This document shows, one piece after another, positions 29,251 through 39,125 of a stretch of 64,000 nt of DNA. The stretch lies in contig OZ242383.1 of NCBI GenBank assembly GCA_965209155.1, forward strand, positions 928,001-992,000, in the 5' to 3' direction. The DNA is from a bacterium. GTDB taxonomy: Bacteria; SAR324; NAC60-12. The notes below the pieces were generated by a model that was given only the letters and a program-made list of their open reading frames with translations, searched no databases and had not been told where the DNA came from. How positions within the stretch are numbered: the stretch's first letter is position 1; every line of letters starts with the position of its first letter. The translations under genes were made by a program, and so were the position numbers.

Positions 29251-30338
29251 GCGGTAATTGAGGGAAACGCCCTCGTGGAAGACGTGAATCTTGGGGGGCT
29301 CGGCGGTCAGTTTGACCGTGTTGCCGCGCAATCCTGTGTGAATGCCCGGCAGCTTTGCGAGCATGGTATCCTTGTCCTGCACCCGGTCAAAGTGGAGCAG
29401 GGTCACCTCGCCCAATTCCTCGGTGATGCTCACCTTGCCCTCGAAAATATAATCGCCGTCGGTTTCTACCAAATCCTCCGGCCGAACCCCAACGTTGACC
29501 TTCAGGCCTTCCTCCGAGCTTCGCGTCGGGGCAGCTGAGAAGGCAACCCCGCCGGTCTCAAGTTTAATGGTGGTCTGCTCTCCCGTGCCGACAACTTCGC
29601 CGGGAAGCAGGTTCATGGCGGGTGAGCCGATGAACTGAGCGACAAACTCGTTTTGGGGTCGGGTATACAGTTCCAACGGTCTGCCGACCTGAGCAATGCG
29701 CCCACCGGGGGTGAGCAACACGATGCGGTTCGCCAGGGTCATGGCCTCCACCTGGTCGTGGGTCACGTAGATCATGGTGCTCTCGGGCATCGACTCCTTG
29801 AGCTGGGCAATCTCAATCCGGGTGGCCACCCGAAGGCGGCATCCAGATTGGAGAGCGGCTCGTCAAACAGGTAAACCTTGGGGTCACGCACGATCGCCCG
29901 GCCGATAGCAACCCGCTGACGCTGACCTCCGGAGAGCGCCTTGGGCAGTCGTTCGAGATAGGGCTCCATCTGGAGGATCCGCGCGGCCTGCGTGACGGTA
30001 GTATTGATCACCTGACGCGACTTCTTGGCAAGCTCGAGGGCAAAACTCATGTTCTTGTGCACGTTCATGTGCGGATACAACCCATAGGACTGAAACACCA
30101 TCGCGATACCACGCTGGGCCGGTGGCACATCGTTGACGACCTGCCCCTCGATCTCCAGAGTGCCCGACGTGATGGTCTCAAGCCCGGCGATCATGCGCAA
30201 AAGGGTTGTCTTGCCACAGCCCGATGGCCCAAGTAAGACGATCAGTTCACCCTGCTCGATATCAAGATTGATATCCTCAAGGGCCTTGACGGCTCCTCCA
30301 TAGATTTTTTCGACGTTGGTCAGCTTCATTTTGGACAT
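29248..30338 (-). pseudogene. MalK/AglK-like sugar ABC ATPase with a single frameshift (or sequencing error)
   Basis: [27 protein letters not shown] then shift near 29836 (one C short of L-R-V); YVTHDQVEAM in the next frame. Confidence 0.8.
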
Positions 30339-30434
30339 TGGTCCCTCCCTGTCTGTTTACGGTCCGGCGCCTCTGCCGGACCCGGTTCATGGACGACACG
30401 TGTGACGACGCCCTGCCCTCCATTCTTCAACCGG

Positions 30435-31595
30435 TCACCCTTTGATCGATCCGGCCAACAAGCCGCGCGCGAAATATCGTTGCATGGCGAAAAAGACCGC
30501 CAACGGCAGCGCCATAGAAATGAAAGCCCCCGTCGACAGGAGTTCCCATCGGCCGCCCCAGGTCCCCTGAAATGTATTAATGTGGTCGGTCATGACAATG
30601 GTGTCACCGGTGGCGTCAATCAGAAACACCTTGGCAGCCAGGAGATCGTTAAACATCCACAGAAACTGGATGATCGCGTACGCGCCGAGCGCCGGAATGC
30701 TGAGCGGCAGAACGATCCTCACGAAAATCTGGAAATCAGTCGCACCGTCGAGCTTGGCGTTTTCGATAATTTCGCGCGGTATGCCAGCCATGTAGTTTCG
30801 CAAAAGATAGATGGCGAATGGCTGTCCGAGCGCGGTATGGACGAGCCAAACGCTCAGGTAACCCTTCTCGATTCCGATGCCCAGGTGCAGCTTCAGAATT
30901 GGGATGAAGGCAAGCTGGCCAGGAAAGACAAGGGCCACGATGACCGCGGTGATCAACCATGCACGGCCTCGGAAATTCATCCAGGCGAGCGCGTAGGCGG
31001 CAAACGCGGCCACCACGAGCGGGATAATCGTCGCCGGAATGGCCACGGTCAGCGTGTTGAAAAAGGCCTGCAACATACCTTCGTAGTTCTTCTCGTCAAA
31101 CAGCATCCAGTGGTAATTTGCGAGCGAAAATTCGGGTGGCGCTCTTGCCGTGACGAATACGCGTTGTCCGCGGCCACTCAACTGATCGTCGTTGCCGCGC
31201 CAGACGTAGTCACCGTTGGCCTGAACCGTGATGCTTTCCCCATCTCCCAGGTCGGCCACCTCACCGGGAACATAGACATCAATCGCTCGCAACGAGGTGC
31301 CCCAAACGGTAATCTTCTTTGAGGCCCCCTCGCCGAACAGGTTGCCCGAGACCGTAAAGAGGTCGCCGTCAGCCACGCGAAAGTCGTCCGGATCGGCGGC
31401 CCGAAGAACTTCGTTCTGCTCGGTTGTAAATAGCGCTGCCCACCATCCTGAACCAATGATCTGGTCCCTGGTTCGGAACGAAGAGACGAACAGACCCAGT
31501 GTTGGAGCCAGCCATGCCGCAACCAGCACAGCGACTGAGATGTGCACGATCCATTTGTGCGTAGATTTGTTTTGTACTATTCCATCCATGGTCAA
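30435..31595 (-). CDS. Carbohydrate ABC permease (AglG-like, large periplasmic loop)
   Basis: SSFRTRDQI, AAYALAWM, IPREIIENAKLDGA. Confidence 0.85.
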   Translation of the reverse strand: MTMDGIVQNKSTHKWIVHISVAVLVAAWLAPTLGLFVSSFRTRDQIIGSGWWAALFTTEQNEVLRAADPDDFRVADGDLFTVSGNLFGEGASKKITVWGTSLRAIDVYVPGEVADLGDGESITVQANGDYVWRGNDDQLSGRGQRVFVTARAPPEFSLANYHWMLFDEKNYEGMLQAFFNTLTVAIPATIIPLVVAAFAAYALAWMNFRGRAWLITAVIVALVFPGQLAFIPILKLHLGIGIEKGYLSVWLVHTALGQPFAIYLLRNYMAGIPREIIENAKLDGATDFQIFVRIVLPLSIPALGAYAIIQFLWMFNDLLAAKVFLIDATGDTIVMTDHINTFQGTWGGRWELLSTGAFISMALPLAVFFAMQRYFARGLLAGSIKG

Positions 31596-31598
31596 TCC

Positions 31599-32834
31599 TC
31601 AGCTCATTTCTTTGCGGACGTTGCGCACATTCCAGATCATAATCGGCAACAATAGCAACAGAAGGATGATTGCAGATGCCGACCCGACGCCCCAGTCGAG
31701 GTCGTTGAATATCTTGCGGAACAAATAATTTGCCAGAACCTCCGTATTCCAATTACCGTTGGTCAACACAAAGACAATGTCGAACACCTTCAACACGAGC
31801 ACCGTGATGAGGGTCCACACCACGATGATTGTACCGACGATTTGCGGGACCTTGATGCGGAAAAATAACTGGAACGGAGTCGCGCCGTCGATGATGGCGG
31901 CCTCAACCGTTTCCTGCGGAATACCGCGCAGCGCCGCCGAGAGGATCACCATGGCTAAGCCGGTCTGGATCCAGATCATAATGGCCATCAGGAAGAAATT
32001 GTTCCAGAACGGTATCGTCAGCCAGGACAGGGGTTTGCCGTAAGGCAGGGTGATCGTGAACACGTCGATCACGTTCAGAAGCGCCAGGACGGCGAGATAG
32101 GCCGCCGCCGTAGCGGCAACTGCTCGCAGAGCCGCGGTGATGATTCCGCCCTTTCGTACTTCCGGAATGAAGAAGGGGCGCAGGAACAGGTAACAGACAT
32201 ACGCCGCCACCGCAGCAAAGCCCAACAGGATGATGGCCGGGAATATCCGCAGAAAAAGAAACGAGCCGTTCCCATCTTCGAACTGCATCCAGACCGCGTT
32301 CAGCATCCCGATCTGCACCCGATCCTCGGCTTGGGTATCATAGATCAGCTTGAAGATCACCGCGGCGCCGACAAACGAGATCGCCATGGGCATGAAGATG
32401 ATCGACTTGGCGATGTTGCCCCAGGCAATGCGGTCCGTCAGTTGGGCGATCAGGAGACCAAACGCCGTACACGCAGCGGGTACGACGCTCAACCACAACA
32501 TGTTATTGCGCATCGCTTCCCAGAATTTCGTCTCGCTGAACATCTGCTGATAGTTCGCAAGACCGACAAACGCACCGCCCAAATCGCGGTCGGTGAGTGA
32601 CAAGCGCAGTGTCTCGAAAACCGGGTAGACTATGTAGACCCCCATCATGAACATGGCCGGGAAGAGGAACAACCACGGTCGGACCAGGTTGGCGCGAGTG
32701 ATGTTATTTCCGGCGTTCTCGCCGCGCGGCGGGAACAGGACTTTGTCGAGCAGCTGGTTGGAGAGGTAGAAGTAACTGAGGCAACCGCCGATACCGATGA
32801 TGATGATGATGAGACCCTGGACTGCTGCGTTCAT
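31599..32834 (-). CDS. Carbohydrate ABC permease (AglF-like)
   Basis: RPWLFLFPA, FMPMAISFVGA, EAAIIDGA, KVFDIV. Confidence 0.85.
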   Translation of the reverse strand: MNAAVQGLIIIIIGIGGCLSYFYLSNQLLDKVLFPPRGENAGNNITRANLVRPWLFLFPAMFMMGVYIVYPVFETLRLSLTDRDLGGAFVGLANYQQMFSETKFWEAMRNNMLWLSVVPAACTAFGLLIAQLTDRIAWGNIAKSIIFMPMAISFVGAAVIFKLIYDTQAEDRVQIGMLNAVWMQFEDGNGSFLFLRIFPAIILLGFAAVAAYVCYLFLRPFFIPEVRKGGIITAALRAVAATAAAYLAVLALLNVIDVFTITLPYGKPLSWLTIPFWNNFFLMAIMIWIQTGLAMVILSAALRGIPQETVEAAIIDGATPFQLFFRIKVPQIVGTIIVVWTLITVLVLKVFDIVFVLTNGNWNTEVLANYLFRKIFNDLDWGVGSASAIILLLLLLPIMIWNVRNVRKEMS

Positions 32835-32886
32835 GTCCGCGCTCCTCCCTGAATGTTGTCAATGCGTATCATACTAAACTCACTCA

Positions 32887-33642
32887 TCACCTCCCTGCGG
32901 CTATTCCGCCGTCAATGACCAAGTCGCTGCCGGTGACAAAAGAGGACTCGTCCGAAGCCAGGTAAAGAGCGCCATAGGCCACGTCTTCCGGCTGGCCCGT
33001 GCGACCCAGGGGAATCCTGTTGAGCATTTTCTCTTGATATCCCTCCTCCGCCATCAAGTGGGCGTTCATAGTTGTTTTGATGCTGGCCGGAATTATGGAG
33101 TTGACGCGGATCCCTTCCCTGGCGTATTGAATAGCGGTGGACTTGGTCAAAAGCCGCACCGCAGCCTTGGACATGGTGTAGGTGCACGATGCCTCCATGC
33201 TGCCTTCCAGCCCAGCAATCGAAGAGATGTTGATCATGGAGCCGCCGCCCGCTTTCCGCATCTCGGGTATGGCGTGTTTTGTCCCCAGAAACGCGCCCTT
33301 GGCGTTTATTTCCAAATCCCGGTCCCACTGCTCGCTGGTGATCTCCTCCACCAGACCGGTCCGGTAAGTACCGGCGTTGTTCACCAGAACGTCCAGTTTC
33401 CCGAAGCGGGCGACGGTGGACGCCACGGCTTGCTGCCACTCGGCCTCGCTGGTGACATCCAACCGGACGAAGAGGCACGCGCCACCGGTTTCATTAATTT
33501 GTGTCTCGGTCTGACGCCCTTCTTCTTCCAGCACGTCTCCAATGACCACTTTGGCCCCTTCCCTGGCAAACAGCTTGGCCATCGCTGCGCCAATACCCCT
33601 GGCTCCCCCGCTGATAAAAGCGACCTTGCCTTTCAGTTTCAT
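32887..33642 (-). CDS. SDR family oxidoreductase, copy D
   Basis: SGGARGIG, NNAG, YTMSK, IDGG. Confidence 0.9.
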   Translation of the reverse strand: MKLKGKVAFISGGARGIGAAMAKLFAREGAKVVIGDVLEEEGRQTETQINETGGACLFVRLDVTSEAEWQQAVASTVARFGKLDVLVNNAGTYRTGLVEEITSEQWDRDLEINAKGAFLGTKHAIPEMRKAGGGSMINISSIAGLEGSMEASCTYTMSKAAVRLLTKSTAIQYAREGIRVNSIIPASIKTTMNAHLMAEEGYQEKMLNRIPLGRTGQPEDVAYGALYLASDESSFVTGSDLVIDGGIAAGR

Positions 33643-33654
33643 GGTTTGCCTCTT

Positions 33655-34353
33655 CTATTGATGATTGATGGTTGTCCGTCTCCCCGCCAACCACTGGATG
33701 CCCCGCCCCACTACCGTTCGAAAACCGGGGTTTGAGTAAGCCTGGTTATCGTCCCCGCCCTGGTAGCAGAAGACCCTCGCCTTACCGAAGGTACGAGTCC
33801 ACGCGATCGTCTTCATACTCTGGGGATGATCGGTGGTGAGCAGGATGTGGCTATCCTCGTCCGCGTCGTCTATGTTATAGGTCTCGTCGACGATGTCCCA
33901 CGGCTTTAGTGATGCAGTGATGGGATGTGCGGTGTCCGCGACGTCGATGCGCACGGTCTGGTCGAAGGCGCACGGAATTGCGCCTCGCTGACGCATGCCG
34001 CTAAGCTCTCTCCAGAGCGGCCAGTCGGGAAAGGCTACCAGCGCGTGATGCAGCAGAAAAATCCCCTGGCCCCCATCACCAAGGCCCTCCAGCATCTCCT
34101 TTATGGCTCCGCTCTGCTTATCGGTTCCTGGCTCTGATTTGCCATCTTTTTCAGCGGGCGTGCTTTGGTGCCAGTTGAAGAACACGAGTACGTCATAGGT
34201 CCCTGGACCGCGTGCCGAGTCGAAAACGAAGTCCCACAGGTTCTGAGGGTAGGCATCGATTTCGGGAAGGGAGCGAAGCATGGACTGGAAGCCGACCACG
34301 TCATACTCGTGCTCGCCGGTAATCACGGCTGTTTTTATCTTTCCATTCTCCAT
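33655..34353 (-). CDS. ThuA-like protein, copy D
   Basis: Paralogue of 2024-2704 and 27078-27773. Confidence 0.85.
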   Translation of the reverse strand: MENGKIKTAVITGEHEYDVVGFQSMLRSLPEIDAYPQNLWDFVFDSARGPGTYDVLVFFNWHQSTPAEKDGKSEPGTDKQSGAIKEMLEGLGDGGQGIFLLHHALVAFPDWPLWRELSGMRQRGAIPCAFDQTVRIDVADTAHPITASLKPWDIVDETYNIDDADEDSHILLTTDHPQSMKTIAWTRTFGKARVFCYQGGDDNQAYSNPGFRTVVGRGIQWLAGRRTTINHQ

Positions 34354-34391
34354 GTTCCTGTCTCCTGTATTAGATTAAAGATTACAATGAT

Positions 34392-34531
34392 GTGCCATCC
34401 CGGACTTGATCCAGGACCGGGATGATCCGGGATCCAGGTACCTGGTAGCTTTGCATATCGGTTCCACGTCAGCTGCTTCCGCGTACGGCTGGATTCCTGG
34501 TCAAGCCGCTCAGAGGACCGCCGGAATGACA
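34392..34531. repeat. Nested REP-like element related to 9968-10074
   Basis: CCGGACTTGATCCAGGACCGGGATGATCC is a near reverse complement of the core at ~10024-10058. Confidence 0.7.
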
Positions 34532-34561
34532 AAAATAGAAAATCACACCCAACTAGTGCTC

Positions 34562-34677
34562 TGTCAACTTTAATTTGACGGTAGGGCCGGGTGACGTCCC
34601 GGCCTAAGAAACGCCACGCTCGCATTGGCCGGGGCGTCACCCGGCCCTACCATTAACTCGGCATTTTAAAGTTGACA
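34562..34677. repeat. MITE-like element: 12-bp terminal inverted repeats enclosing a GTAG-REP doublet
   Basis: TGTCAACTTTAA...TTAAAGTTGACA around GTAGGGCCGGGTGACG...CGTCACCCGGCCCTAC. Confidence 0.75.
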
Positions 34678-34679
34678 AT

Positions 34680-35705
34680 CTAGTTGGGCAGCAAGGCCAC
34701 GGAACGGATCTCGCCAAACTCCTTTTGCAGCTTTTGCCACGAATCACCCCCATCTTCGCTCAGGTACACATAGCCGAAGATGCTGGCCGCGACGATTACG
34801 TTGGGCCGCTCCCTGTGAGTGCTTATCCCATAAATAATGGAGTTGGGCTCTACCGGCAGGGACACCGGTTGCCAACTTTTCCCGGCATCCTGGGTGCGCT
34901 GTATGGCACCGGTGACACCGGGAATAACGTCGCCGTTGCCGACAAACATGACATCGGGGTTATCCGCTTTGATGACCATGCCGCGGCAGTAGGACACGTG
35001 ATCCGCTTCATGGAACTTGGGGAAATAGTGGTAATCCCAGCTTTCACCTTCGTCGTGGCTGGTAGCGATCCCAAAGGGAGAGGTACAGTAGACTGCGGAA
35101 CGGGCGCCAGTCTTCAGAGCCATACTGTGAATATCGCCCTGGAAGGGGTCAGGACCCAGGTCGGGCAGGTGGTTCCAGCTGTCGCCGCCATCCAGGCTCT
35201 TGTAAACCCCGTCAACCTCCATGCCAGCCCAGATGGTGTTGTTGTCCTTGGGATCTACGATCATGCAGGTGGTCCGCGGCGGCGAGGGAGGAAGTGGTTC
35301 AGAGATGGGGTAATTCATGTTTACGCCCATATGAAGCTTGCTCCAAGTCCGCCCCCCATCCCTGGAGCGGAATCCCTCGGGTCGCGTGCCCACGAATAGG
35401 GTGTCCGGGTCCGTGGGATCTACAGTCACCGACCAGATTTCAAGATCCGCTGTGGGGGCATCCAGGTTTTCCCAGGTCGCGCCGCCGTCTTCGCTGCGGA
35501 AAACGCCCACTTGGGATGAGGGGACTGATTGACAATCAGCACCGGCCAATACACGCCGGGGGTTGTCCGGATACACGCACAACGCCCTGACGTTGGACTC
35601 ATGCCAGATAGGTTGATTGATTTTGGTCCAGGATTCACCCCCGTCGGCACTCACGTTCAGCCCTTGGCCGGCGCCGCCGATAAGGATTGTGTAATCTTTT
35701 GCCAT
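34680..35705 (-). CDS. BNR beta-propeller protein, copy D
   Basis: Asp-boxes; paralogue of copies A and C. Confidence 0.85.
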   Translation of the reverse strand: MAKDYTILIGGAGQGLNVSADGGESWTKINQPIWHESNVRALCVYPDNPRRVLAGADCQSVPSSQVGVFRSEDGGATWENLDAPTADLEIWSVTVDPTDPDTLFVGTRPEGFRSRDGGRTWSKLHMGVNMNYPISEPLPPSPPRTTCMIVDPKDNNTIWAGMEVDGVYKSLDGGDSWNHLPDLGPDPFQGDIHSMALKTGARSAVYCTSPFGIATSHDEGESWDYHYFPKFHEADHVSYCRGMVIKADNPDVMFVGNGDVIPGVTGAIQRTQDAGKSWQPVSLPVEPNSIIYGISTHRERPNVIVAASIFGYVYLSEDGGDSWQKLQKEFGEIRSVALLPN

Positions 35706-35728
35706 CTCGCGTCTCCTTATTCGAGTTG

Positions 35729-35842
35729 CTAAAATAATGTTCGTGGCTGTTGGTGGAGTTTTTTATACTCCTTCTCCAGCCCTTGGTTCTTTACATATTG
35801 GGTGAGAGTCGCTTCATCTCCTCCCCAAAGTGTCTCTTTGAC
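35729..35842 (-). mobile_element. IS200-type tnpA 3' relic with internal deletion
   Basis: VKETLWGG|DEATLTQYVKNQGLEKEYKKLHQQPRTLF resembles the C-terminus of Y1 TnpA (LWGG...YVxNQ). Confidence 0.6.
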
Positions 35843-35847
35843 AGATG

Positions 35848-37019
35848 TCATATGTCCCTCTTTAGTTCCCTGTACAAGTAGCACGAAGCCTGATGACCAT
35901 CGCCCACTGGGTACAGAGGGGGAGGACGCTCGTGACAGATCTGCGTGGCGTGGGGACAACGACGGTAGAACTTGCATCCCACCCGATCGCCCTTTCCCAT
36001 CTCCTCTTCAACGGAGACCTCTACCTCCTCTTGCCATTTGGCGGAGGGATCGGGAGTGGGGATGGAGCTCATAAGGAACTGAGTGTAGGGGTGCTGAGGG
36101 TCATTGATGACTCCGGTGGCATCACCGGTCTCCGCGACGGACCCCTGGTACAGGATGAAGATACGGTCGCTGATCTGATACGCGGTGGAGAGGTCGTGGG
36201 TGATAAAGAGGAAGCTAATGCCGAAATCCTCCTTCAGCTTGAGCATGATCTCGAGGATCTGGGCTCTCAGCGAGGCATCGATCATGGAGACCGGTTCGTC
36301 GGCGACAATGAGGCGCGGTTTCAACATGAAGGCGCGGGCCACGATGATCCGCTGTCTCTGTCCACCCGAGAGTTGATGAGGGTATTTCCTCAAGATCTCC
36401 TCCGGTCTTAAGCCCACGACCTCCAGCGCCTCCTCGATCATCCTTCTCGCCTCCGCCCTGCCGCGGGCCAACTTAAATCCGGAGACGGACATATTGAACA
36501 CGTGATCAGCGCGATAGAAGGGGTTAAAGACGGCGTATGGGTCTTGGAAAACGGCCTGGCACTCGCGGCGGTAAGCCATTCGTTCTGGACCTTGACGAGG
36601 GTTTGGGTAACGACGCGCTGCATCACCACATCGAGGGCGCCTGTCGGCTCGTCGGCGATGATGACCTGGGGCTCGAGGACGATGGCCATGGCGATGCAGA
36701 CCCGCTGCTTCATCCCTCCTGAGAGCTCATGGGGGTACATACGGTAACCCGGCTCGGCAGGCCGACCAGGCCCAGAAGCTCTGTGATTCGCTCCTTCATA
36801 TCACCACGTTCCCGGGAGGCGGTATGAGCCTTGTCGGTAACGCTCCTTAAGAGATCATCGACCCAACCCCTTTGTAGCCGCTTATGATGCCCACGGTTAT
36901 GCCCACCAAGAGGCCGGCTAACCCGGTAAAAATCCCGATAATGAGCGATTGCCTTAAGCCATGGATTATTTGATCGAAAACATCCCTGCCGAGGGTATCG
37001 GTGCCTAAGAGGTGCTCAA
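35848..37019 (-). pseudogene. Collapsed oppC'-oppD'-oppF' remnant of cluster 1
   Basis: Near-identical to ~4050-4790 (oppF), ~5430-5685 (oppD) and ~6545-6729 (oppC), joined by deletions. Confidence 0.9.
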
Positions 37020-37471
37020 AACTGAAGGAACGAATAAAACAGGTGGAAAAGCGGATTCGTCAACGGATCCAATTAAAACCAGAGTTTAAAAAATTGTTAA
37101 CCGTCTCAGGGATCGGAACAATCCTCTCCTTAACCGTCATGTTAGAAACAGGAGAGATTAGTCGATTTCCCGGCGTGAGCGATTTTGTTTCTTATTGTCG
37201 AAATGCTCCCAGTAAAAAAACATCCAATGGAAAAAAGAAAGGAGAAGGGAATCGGAAAAATGGTAACAAATACTTAGCCTGGGCTTTTGTGGAAGCGGCT
37301 CATTTTTCCCTCATCCATAATGAGCTGGCACGACGGTATTACCAGAAAAAAATATCAAAAACGAAATCGGTGGTGGCCATCAAAGCCTTAGCCAGTAAAC
37401 TGGCGCGAGCCAGCTATTTTGTCATGAGAGATCAAGTCGATTTTGAGGCCAGCCGTTTGTTTGGAAAATAA
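37020..37471 (+). mobile_element. IS110-family recombinase, C-terminal half only
   Basis: LLTVSGIG..ETGEISRF..SYC..SNGK..GNKYLAWAFVEAA..KALASKLAR; RuvC domain absent. Confidence 0.85.
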
Positions 37472-37800
37472 GATGCTTTAAGAAAGCTTAAATCGAATGA
37501 TAACGGAGACCGTGAACCATCATTGGGGTTGGACAACGAGCCATTGGCCTGATTGGAAAGCGGTCTCCAACCCTTCAGATGAATGCGATACAATTTTCGA
37601 ACGCCCTTGCGGTGAGCCATCAAGGGGATGGACGCGGACGGAACCGTGAGCCAAAAGCCTGTACAAACTATTGGACACAACAAGGTACATATGTTTTTCT
37701 GGGGCAAATTATTTTGCCAGGGGAGTCGGGACCTGAGGATCGGCCCACTCCTTGATCCTGATGAGTGACTGGAGCGTTTCTTTGATCAAATTTGAAGAAA
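37472..37800 (+). ncRNA. Candidate IS110/IS1111 right-end bridge (seek) RNA region
   Basis: ~330-bp non-coding tract after the recombinase; stem GGAGACCG (37505-37512)/CGGTCTCC (37561-37568) encloses a large loop. Confidence 0.45.
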
Positions 37801-37955
37801 TGACTCAAACTCTTGAAATAAATGGTGCGATTATTAAAAATTGTAGTGTTGAATCCTGAAGACTACACGCAAATTGGTTACCCTGATTTGTGGACGGGAA
37901 AGTATTTTTTTCTTGCCTATCCCTCTAATGAGTGAGTGACCCCGATTCCCGATTT

Positions 37956-38924
37956 CTAAGCGAAGGGGTTGATCAGTCGGGCGAGGAATCCTTTTTTGCG
38001 TTTCACCTTCGCGGTGCCGTAACTGCCCTGACCGCCTCGCAGTCGGGGGTCGAGCAGGTCCCTCACTGCGTCGCCGAACATGTTGAGGGAGTAGACGACA
38101 ATCGTCAGGCACAGCCCCGGCCAGATCGCCAGCCGTGGGGCCATCTCCATGAACTGGCGCCCTTCCTGGCTGAGCATGACTCCCCAGCTGGGAACCCCGA
38201 TGGGCAGACCGAATCCCAGGAAGCTCAGAGAGGCCTCAGACAGAATCACCCCCCCGATGTTGATGGAGAAGATGATGATGATCGGCGCCACAATATTGGG
38301 CAGCACATGTCGCAGGAAGATTTGGCTCGTGGGGGTGCCCACGGCCCTGGCGGCCAGAAAGTAGTCATTCTCTTTAATGCCGATCACGGCGCCTCTGACG
38401 ACTCTTGAGCCACCGATGCCTCCGGCGATGCCCAGGACCAGTATTATCTGTGGTATACCCCGTCCCACTATGGACATGATGGTTAACAACAGGAGCAGAC
38501 CCGGAAAAGCCATCCAGGCATCGACAAATCTCTGCACAGCCAGGTCCAGTTTACCACCAAGGAATCCTGAAGTACCGCCTATCAGGACCGCCACCACAAC
38601 ATTAACAGCGGTCGCTGACAGACCGACGACTAACGAAACACGAGCCCCGACGAAAAGGCGGCTCAGGAGGTCTCTCCCCAACTGGTCGGTACCCAGCAGA
38701 TACCGGGTTGATGGGCCAGTCAGCCGGTCTGCCAGGTGCATTTCCCAATATGGATAAGGAGCCAGAACATTGGCAAAGATAGCCACAAAAATCAATATCA
38801 ATATGATAATCCCGCAGGCAGTACCCAGTGGCTTCTCCCTGAGAAGCCTGATAAAGAAATCAGCCAGCCGGCCCCGTCGCTTGGGCTCCTTGATGGCGGA
38901 GGGTTTCTCTTTGGTGTTATTCAT
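37956..38924 (-). CDS. oppC: Opp/Dpp permease (OppC-like), cluster 2
   Basis: LGTDQLGRD, RHVLPN, SFLG, GDAVRDLLDPR. Confidence 0.9.
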   Translation of the reverse strand: MNNTKEKPSAIKEPKRRGRLADFFIRLLREKPLGTACGIIILILIFVAIFANVLAPYPYWEMHLADRLTGPSTRYLLGTDQLGRDLLSRLFVGARVSLVVGLSATAVNVVVAVLIGGTSGFLGGKLDLAVQRFVDAWMAFPGLLLLLTIMSIVGRGIPQIILVLGIAGGIGGSRVVRGAVIGIKENDYFLAARAVGTPTSQIFLRHVLPNIVAPIIIIFSINIGGVILSEASLSFLGFGLPIGVPSWGVMLSQEGRQFMEMAPRLAIWPGLCLTIVVYSLNMFGDAVRDLLDPRLRGGQGSYGTAKVKRKKGFLARLINPFA

Positions 38925-38946
38925 GATCCCGATTTTTCTATAATAC

Positions 38947-39077
38947 AGTCCTGGAGGGACGAAAGGTAATAGCCCAGCGATTCATCGTTGGGAAAGGAAC
39001 CCCCCCTCCTCAGCTAGTCCCAGAGGGACGACACTTCTTCGATCTAGCGAGTTACTCCCTTTCGTCCCTCCGGGACT
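38947..39077. repeat. REP-like inverted triplet (AGTCCCxGAGGGACG family)
   Basis: AGTCCTGGAGGGACGAAAG, AGTCCCAGAGGGACGA and inverted CTTTCGTCCCTCCGGGACT. Confidence 0.7.
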
Positions 39078-39125
39078 TCTTCTTACAGACGAATCTCAAA
39101 CCCATATTTACCAGAGGCATAACGA

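Noticed and set aside
2909..35705. Diversity-generating retroelement acting on the propeller paralogues
   Set aside because: No reverse transcriptase; differences include indels and all four bases, not adenine-specific changes
35729..37471. Active IS200 or IS110 elements
   Set aside because: Both are fragments lacking their N-terminal catalytic regions
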